Source: Zygnema circumcarinatum SAG 698-1b (lineage: Eukaryota > Plantae > Zygnematophyceae). From it: a stretch of DNA of 64,000 bases. The notes beneath the pieces were generated by a model. That model was not told the origin of the DNA. It was given only the letters and a program-made list of their open reading frames with translations, and ran no database searches. The stretch is taken from the NCBI GenBank assembly GCA_037447605.1, contig CM074807.1, positions 3,794,829 to 3,858,828 on the forward strand, read 5' to 3'. Shown piece after piece: positions 56,708 through 64,000 of the stretch. How positions within the stretch are numbered: position 1 is the first letter of the stretch; each line of letters opens with the position of its first letter. The translations under genes and the position numbers were made by a program.

Positions 56708-58390
56708 GTGATGGTTAGGAAATTGCATTTACAATTAACTATTTGCTGCGCCAAATCTAAAAACATCACATACAATGCAAAGCATTGCTGTTTAAAATTG
56801 GCCTCAGTGCACTTTTCCTTGCCTAACTGCGCAACCAATTATGGTATTCAAGTAATCCCATCAAAACAGGGTTTCAAATGAATCTAACCTGTAATTCCAC
56901 CTGGTTTTTATGGGGGGCGCCCCGATGGTCGATGTATTTACTCATCCACATGGTCCATCTTGATCAGTCAAATCTGTAAGTAACTTTTTCCATATTTCCC
57001 AAGCTAAGGGCACAGTACTCATTCATTAAAAACATTGCCCAGGTATTTGGTAAAAGCTTTGATTGGATTCAATTTTAGCACCATGACTATGGTGCCTATC
57101 CGGGACAACTCCCACATTAGAGGTCATAATAATGATTGTATTCCGGCAAATATCATGGCAGAATAAAAGCCTTGGCAGGAGGCGCAGCTAGAAACTGTAG
57201 CACCAGGAGAGCACCTGGGATCCAATACAAGCAAGGCATCTTGGACTTCTGGGTAAAAAAGTTCACCGAAGGAGTTTCAAACGTGATGCGCCGGAAGTGT
57301 TTTGATAACAAAAACGAATATTTTTGTTTCCTGTACCGCCTCGAGCTCAAATGCGTTTCCCCCTTACCGCACCGTCCCGTCCTCTGCCGAGTCCCCCCCG
57401 ATCTCCAGTGCACCCAAGTACGGTAGTGCATGTTGACAATTTGAGCCTGGTCCCTCCCACTACTCTCACTCACTGACATGCTTGCAATGTCTGAATCAAT
57501 ACAACCCTCAAGTGCACACACTGAAAAGCAAATGATCCAATCAAGCAAACACCGAAAGAGAATAAGTAAGGAGAAAGCTCCTCGGCTTCAAAACTCCTTA
57601 ATAAAGAAATGAAGAGAAACAAGCATTTATGTCAAGCCCTCAGGCTTCCACCTATGCTCTGACTAACTCCCCTACTTCCTGCTGCCCATACAGCCAGGCA
57701 ACTACACTCGGCAACACGAGCCAAGCTACAGCTGAATTAAGTTGAACTCTCAGGTTGATTAACTCCTAATCAACACCTACTTAAATACTAAGCGCTGCAC
57801 TACTCCACGTTCTACTGCACGCCGCCGCGCGCCACCGCGCTCCACCGCACAGCGCACCTCCATGTCGCTGGTGATGCTCCACGTCTCCAGGAGCTCGCCT
57901 CGCACCGCGCTGGAACTCACCCTCAGGGTCGCCATGGCCAGGAGGGAGAAGGTCCGTACAGTTTCCTCCTTCCAAAGGCGCACCGACCTTCTCGAAGCTT
58001 CGCATCCACGCGCGCGCTTCTCCAGCGCCCAAGTGTTGGTCGTCCGTACACCCATGCATCTCGTACGCTCCGGACATTCTGTACGGTCGTCCACTAAAGC
58101 AATAAGCAATGATCGCGCAGCCTATCGCTGCGCGCCACGTGTCCAAACTATACTTATCAATTTTAAGTAGACTCCTGTGGTGGCGCGGCCTATCGCCGCC
58201 CTCCACGTGTCCTACTCAGACTTCTCGTGTTCCCACTAAGAACAGCGCCCTAGCGACCTGTTCAGACTGTGACCAAATCTCCCAAGGACCGCCGACAAAG
58301 GCTAAGGACCGTACAGCGTACAATTCTAGTCTATACCCCTATTGTACCCAACAGTGCAGGCCATCACCGACCGTACGGTGTGCTCCCTCC

Positions 58391-58460
58391 TGCTCAGTGC
58401 TGCTCAGTGCTGCTGAGTGCTGCTGAGTGCTGCTGAGTGCTGCTGAGTGCTGCTCAGTGC
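58391..58460. repeat. 10-bp minisatellite (TGCTSAGTGC)x7
   Basis: Direct reading. Confidence 0.95.
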
Positions 58461-59209
58461 GTGCTGAGGGAGGGATGGAGGCTGACGAGTGCGCAATGGA
58501 ATGTCATATGCTCAGCTAAACGACTGGAGATGAAGCCCACACCCGGCCGAGCCCCTTGCTTCACACAGGCTCCCCCAGGCGATCCCGCCAGCCCGCAACC
58601 CCCAAAACACCGAGCACAGTATCCTTATGGACTCTGCACAGGGCCAGTCGACAACCTCTGATTGCTCAGAGAGCGAGGGAGCAGAAAGCTAGAGCTGCAG
58701 CTCTCTCCCTCTTCTCGTCTGGGAGAAAAGCTGATGCTGCTCACCCTCATTTTCCCCTTATGGTAGGGCCAGAGTGTAATATGCCCGAGTGTATTATCGA
58801 GATATCTAGCAATATACCGATATCAATGGTGACCTCTCAACGCCGGCAACAAGCAGCACGAAAAATCTGCTCCAGAGTGGCACGCGGCAGTGAATCCAAA
58901 CTCACCCAGCCGACCAAGTGCGCATTTCACCATGCCGCTTAGCCACTGCCAGCAGACTGCCGTGATGACAAGATGCAACTAAAGGCGTATAGAATTTCTA
59001 ACACGAGTCTGTCCTGTCCTGTTATACTTTCCTTCATCTTTTGGTTCTTTATGGAAATGTTGCATTCGTAATCGTAATTATGGTTGATAATGATCCTGTC
59101 TGGTCTTATTCTGCAATGTTTGAAGCATTTGATGTCTGCGAGATTCGGAAGCATCAACAGCAGCACGGCGTGAAGTGAAATGGGATGCATGCAGCAAAAC
59201 ACAAATGAT

Positions 59210-59307
59210 GGATGTGGCATTGATCTCACGATGGCGATGCCATCAAATGTACATGGACAAACCATCATGGGGAACCACGAGGAACTGGTCGCCTAGAACC
59301 CAAGGAC
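59210..59307 (-). repeat. Short dispersed element homologous to the 3' tail of the CRE-like LINE
   Basis: The reverse complement GACCAGTTCCTCGTGGTTCCCCATGATGGTTTGTCCATGTACATTTGATGGCATCGCCATCGTGAGATCAATG aligns with LINE 3' end GACCAGTCCTTCGTGGTTCCACAT..TATCCATGTAAATTTGATGGCCTCGCCATCGCGAGTTCAATG. Confidence 0.85.
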
Positions 59308-59416
59308 AACACAAAAAAGCCAAGAAAAAAAGAAAGGAAGAAACACGCCTCGCCTCACGCGGCACTTCCAAACAAATGAAGCGTGAAAATTATACGATGG
59401 TTGCAAAAGCCGAAAG

Positions 59417-59490
59417 TGATTCGTGCCGGGTTCGATCCGGCGACCTTCAGTGTGTTAGACTGACGTGATAACCAACTACACCAACGAACC
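59417..59490 (-). tRNA. trnV-AAC: tRNA-Val(AAC/IAC)
   Basis: Differs from 56634-56707 by one T-loop base (ATCGAAC). It ends 115 bp upstream of the PAI ATG, in divergent orientation. Confidence 0.93.
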
Positions 59491-59605
59491 ATGATGGCGT
59501 TTCGCTATGAAATTATATTTACAAAATATAACTCTGCAAGCCCATACAAACCACGCTTTCTCACTAACCTTGCTCGGTACGGTCGATTGTGTGAGCGGGC
59601 GGGCC

Positions 59606-61136
59606 ATGGCAGCCTCCCCGCCCCTCGGCAGGTTTTCGCTTCTCTCTCAGCAGGGCAGCTGCACACCTGCAGGGCACCTTCACAATGCGAGACGCGGCTG
59701 CGCCACCTTACAGAACAAGCACCTGCCTTTTTCTTCCAGCCATCATGGACCTACACGCGTTGCAAGTCTTGCAGCATCCTCGAACAATAAGCCTGTACCG
59801 CTCAAATGTTCCGCAAGCTTGGGCGCGGACTCGCCAGCTGCCAGACCTTTGGTGAAGATTTGTGGTGTTACGAGTCCCGACGATGCTGCTCTGGCTGCCA
59901 GCGCCGGCGCTCACTTTATCGGCTCCATTTTGTGGCCTCATTCCAAGCGTTCCGTGACACTTTCTCTTGCGGCCGAAATTGCTGCTGCAGCTCGCGAAGG
60001 GGGGGCACAACCAGTGGCCGTGTTTGTTGACGAGGATGCCGATGCCATTGTGCAAATGTGTGAAGCAGCAAACATCTCAATTGCTCAGGTAATCCGTCGC
60101 TGAAGCTTTTAGGGTTCCTTCCTTCCTTCCTTCCTACCTTCCTTTTGTACAGGCTTTCCAACCTCAGTGGGCTCTTCAGCAGCTAGAAAATTGACATCTT
60201 TCGAAAAATTATTAGCAATGACTGCACACTGTTGCTGGCGTATTGTTTCGCATCATAAGAAATTCAGAATCTGCACAGCTTTTTCCACTCGTAAGGTCAA
60301 CTCACAGCACTGACATGATTCAAACCCCACTCCGTATGTTTTTCTAAAAGTGATAAAATGAAATCACTTTATTTTATCACTTTTCTTTATCCCGTTTTGC
60401 TCCTTGGTTGTGACTATGTTGTATCCTCCATCTGCATTGCGGGGGGTCTCAACGTCTCATCCCTGAAGAAGCTACATTTGGATGGGATGCAGCTTCATGG
60501 AGATAATCCGCGCTTAGCCGTGCCACTGCTTCCAAAGGACTTGGAAATCATTTATGTCCTCCATGCAAACGCAGATGGCGAGATTCAAACCACCCTGCCT
60601 GCACTGCGGGAGAGCGGAGCTCTTGTTGAGTGGGTGCTAGTGGATGGTCTGCAGGGGGGCAGGTTTGTTGGCACCTGCTTCCACTTTTCCTAAAGGCTAA
60701 TGCTTCGATCGTAAAGCCCCCGTCAGTGTTCTTCGTTGTCAGTTTCAGTTGTCAGCATAACGTACTCGGTGTTCTATTCTTGATCTGCACCCATACTCTC
60801 CCATAAAGTTCACTCGCCTCTCCCTTAACATTTAAAAATATAAATCAACCTTAGGTGCTGATGAGCTTGTTTTTGTTGTGGGTGTGTTGCCTCAGTGGAG
60901 AGAAATTCGATTGGAGGAACCTCCGAGTTCCCACGCAAGCCAGTCGGAAAGGATGGCTTCTTGCAGGCGGTCTGAGCCCTGCCAATGTGGCCGAGGCGGT
61001 GCATATTCTGCGGCCCACGGCGGTGGACGTGTCCAGCGGTGTCACTTTACCCGACAAAATCCGAAAAGATCCCGCGAAAGTGGCTGCTTTCATTGGCAAT
61101 GCTCGCTCTGAATCGCGGGGTTATACTTTTGCATAG
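59606..61136 (+). CDS. PAI: Phosphoribosylanthranilate isomerase (TrpF), plastid-targeted
   Basis: Exons 59606-60088, 60493-60662, 60896-61136. A Ser/Ala-rich transit peptide precedes VKICGVT, VAVFVD, QLHG, LVDGLQGGSG, LLAGGLSPANV and VDVSSGV. Confidence 0.95.
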
Positions 61137-61846
61137 TTCCTTTTAGTTTTTAAATGTACATGCTAAGCTTATTGTTTCGTTATTAACGCTATGGGGTACT
61201 CAAAGAATAGCTAACCCATGCTCGTAGCAAGAGCTGTTGCAGTGTCACTTTCACTTACTTGACCTGTCAACTATCTCATCATTATAACGAGGAGGGTGTT
61301 CTGAACAAGGTGCAAAATATGACACGTTTTTTTTCCATTATACCTTTTTAGAATTGAACTGGCCCACTCGCTCTGCTGTGTGGACCTTACTTTGTTAATG
61401 CCTGTAACTCCACTTCTTCTCTGATTCACCCCATCAGTAGCGGAAATACAATGTCTCTGGCGCATGCGATTGAGCCAAGGTCTATTGAACCCGAGTTTCG
61501 AGTTTTTCACCGCAGACAATGTTCCAGTGTGTCCTGTCTCCTGAAGCTTCACCACAATGTGATGCCCTCCTCCAGCTTTGCTTTTGCATTCACCTCAGCC
61601 AGTGTGAGCACCCTTAAGGCACCATGTTTCACTATTATGTGCACGCACGGGGCTTAGGGACGACCATGGAAATAATACAAAAGCACTATTAGCGTTTGAG
61701 GGGATCTGAACTGCCCTGATCTGTCCCATGCACCCTAAAGTAGGTTCTTAGTCCTAATTTAAAGGCCTGCCTCCAATTCAGCAGCTTGACATACTGACGC
61801 CCACGCCTCCTCCACTGTGAGCTTCCAGGACCACCTATTGCGGTGC

Positions 61847-63541
61847 TCATGTTCGCCTACTTTTGGATCCTTTCCTAGCGCTAGTTGCCCCAGTAGTTGC
61901 TTCGTTCTTTTGGTCTGCTTCCTGTGTGCTGCTCTTCCTTTTTGCAGCCGACTTCCTGGGAAGCTTGATCTCGGCCAAGGAGGCCCAAAGCGCCCTCTCA
62001 ATATCCGAAGCTGTAAATTCTTTGCCATCGTCGCCAACTTTTCCAAGTTCACTATTCAGCTCCTGTGTAGAGGAGAAATATTGCATGCATGTCAATGAAG
62101 TTCCATTGGTGTTTTGAAAATGCACAGTCTAGTTGGTCATATGAGGAAACTGCAGCTGCACCTTAGCTTTGGCTTGCAGCAGCCTCGCAAACTCAAGGTA
62201 GTGCTTCAATGTGTACAGACGACTGCCTGTGGCTGCCTCAAGCGCCTGCACACAATCATGTCCAGATGCGCGCTAAACATGTCAGACACATGCATTGCCC
62301 TCAACATTGTCAATGATTACGAGTAGCCGTTCCTGTTTCTGACTGGTAAGTTTCAGGGGACGAGTTCAGCCCGAACTCCTTGATATGTAGAACAACACAC
62401 CTCGTCAGACATGAATGGCGCCTGCGGATCGTATGCAGCTAAAACTGCCGATGCAGTTGCAGGGCCGACCCCTTTAAGGGCTGATAGCTCTGTAATGGCT
62501 ACCTTCAAGTCTGGCATGGCAGCAAAAGCTTTCCTTGAAGCCGAGATGACATCATCATCAGCCAATGATGATGCAAAGCCAAGCAAACGTGGCCTGTACG
62601 CCCACGTTCCCTGGTTAGTAGACTGTCGCCACTACAGAGCACTTAGGCAAAATTATGTGCTCTTGTCGACATTGTATGTGGCCCATCCGAATGCTTGCAA
62701 TGAAATACGCGTATCTATAAAGCCAGCTAAATAATCAAACAAGTGCCACAAGCTAAGGGATGATGGGGCGATCATTTGTTGTTGAGGGACTTGGGACTCG
62801 AACACTTTAGTCTTGGCAATCAAGTTACAAGACTCCAGGGATTAAAAGTTTGTTCTTCGCAATCAATTTTGCATGATAAGCAAGGTCGCCATTCTCATTG
62901 GCTCAGAATTAGGAACTTAACAAAGTTCGGCAAGCAATTAAAGTGTTTAGGAAATTCATGATTTTCTGACGTCACCGTGGCATTACAATTGATTGGAGGT
63001 GGCAATACGATCGTTTGGAGAAAGAATTCGATTACCATATCCGCGATTTTTTGTCAATCTCTCTTTAAGGAACGTGTTCTTTTCCTGTTCTGTAACGTAT
63101 CGGTTATTTTCAGATTCATTTTACCAGCCTGATACATCACATTTTTGGAGGGTAGCTGTTTTGCTTCACTCATTGAAACTACAATATTCGAACCTGTTAT
63201 GAATGCCGCAAAAAAATCCTTCCCAGGTCCATCTGCAGAGACTGAATGCCCGTTTCAACCCAAGAGAGCTGATTAACACTGACGGTTTGCTGCTTCAAAT
63301 GGCAAATGCCATGCAGAGTGCACCTCCACTTTCCGCGAGTAAGCTTCCATTCCACCACCCTTTTCAGCTCGTCCTGCGTGATAAATGGAGAACTCCCCCG
63401 CCCCGCAATCCGAGCAGGAAGTTCACTCCAATAAAACTGCTCCAGGGCCTCCAGCTTCACATTCTCACGCGCAGATACCTGAGCTGAATACGCGCCTAAA
63501 GATTTCCTCCATTCCGACACATCAGTCTCCTTCAGCCGCAT
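61847..63541 (-). CDS. Uncharacterised helix-hairpin-helix protein (At3g12210-like, HhH-GPD/EndoIII-related fold)
   Basis: Four exons: from 63541-63324, 62593-62401, ~62248-62165 and ~62063-61847. Motifs ELKRVVEWKLTRGKWRPRLL, LSALKGVGPATASAVL (HhH), PFMSDEA, YTLKHY and DIERALW, then a basic C-terminal tail. Confidence 0.87.
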
Positions 63542-63840
63542 AGCGACTGGCCTCCCTCCCTCCTGCTCTCCCTGCCCTCTCCCTCTCTCTTTCCCTCTGC
63601 GGCGCCATCCCTCAGCTCCAACTCTCTCATCAGATAGCAAGTCTTACCAGCCGTACCTATTACTTAACGTGTGCCTATTATCTGCCACATCCCCCATCTT
63701 TTCTGTACGAAAACGTCCATAATACCGTACGGTCACCGTCTTATTATCTGACCAATAAAATTGAAAGCAGGGAGCGCACAAAACCGCCAAACCGCCAGTT
63801 TTCAGCAGAGAACCGTACGGACATTTTTTTCAAATATTAG

Positions 63841-63984
63841 GGAATTACTATTTTCACACCTTTGTTTTATAGATACACACCTTAAAAAAAAAATCCCCCA
63901 ATACTTTAAAAACCCTAAAATAAAATCTGACGGGCGGAAAAAGGTGTGTATATTTATTAAAAAGGTGTGAAAATAGCCTTTTCC
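63841..63984. mobile_element. Short, older MITE related to the 38203-39188 MULE family
   Basis: Ends GGAATTACTATTTTCACACC / GGTGTGAAAATAGCCTTTTCC. Internal AAAATCTG.CG..CGGAAAAAGGTG is shared with the large element. Degenerate 9-bp TSD AAATATTAG/AATTATTTG (7/9). Confidence 0.7.
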
Positions 63985-64000
63985 AATTATTTGGAAACAT

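Noticed and set aside
57136-58206. 131-141 aa minus-strand ORFs as a protein gene
   Set aside because: No domain motifs and no consistent exon chain.
58391-58460. CRISPR-like array
   Set aside because: Head-to-tail 10-bp repeat with no spacers, in a eukaryotic genome with no cas genes.

Overview
Eukaryotic, intron-rich, gene-dense window from a streptophyte green plant. The gene set and three-domain saposin point to a non-angiosperm such as a charophyte alga or bryophyte-grade plant; this is inference. I reconstructed 11 spliced protein-coding genes by hand: aldo-keto reductase (partial), CDK8/CDKE, a P-class PPR, a three-saposin-B protein, a GT31 galactosyltransferase, DEAD-box RH36/DBP8, mitoferrin-like MFL1, a DENND11/LCHN-like DENN protein, a TLC-like transporter, PAI/TrpF and an HhH-motif protein. 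There are also three tRNA-Val genes and a 10-N assembly gap at 47888-47897. The supplied ORF track misses several things. (1) An apparently non-coding spliced host gene (~28.5-31.5 kb) holds at least five intronic C/D snoRNAs, four with rRNA-complementary guides. (2) Three transposon nests have exact TIR/TSD boundaries: 31.7-32.9 kb, 38.0-40.8 kb and 47.3-48.5 kb. They include two tail-to-tail inverted MITE dimers, a 986-bp MULE foldback and a hAT deletion derivative retaining a transposase C-terminus. (3) Three short dispersed copies of a CRE-like LINE 3' tail, one ~110 bp downstream of a tRNA gene. (4) A candidate U12 intron in CDKE. The ORF track uses TTG/GTG starts, so starts were moved to real ATGs. 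rRNA sequences, modification positions and homolog sequences cited below are from memory and need database confirmation.
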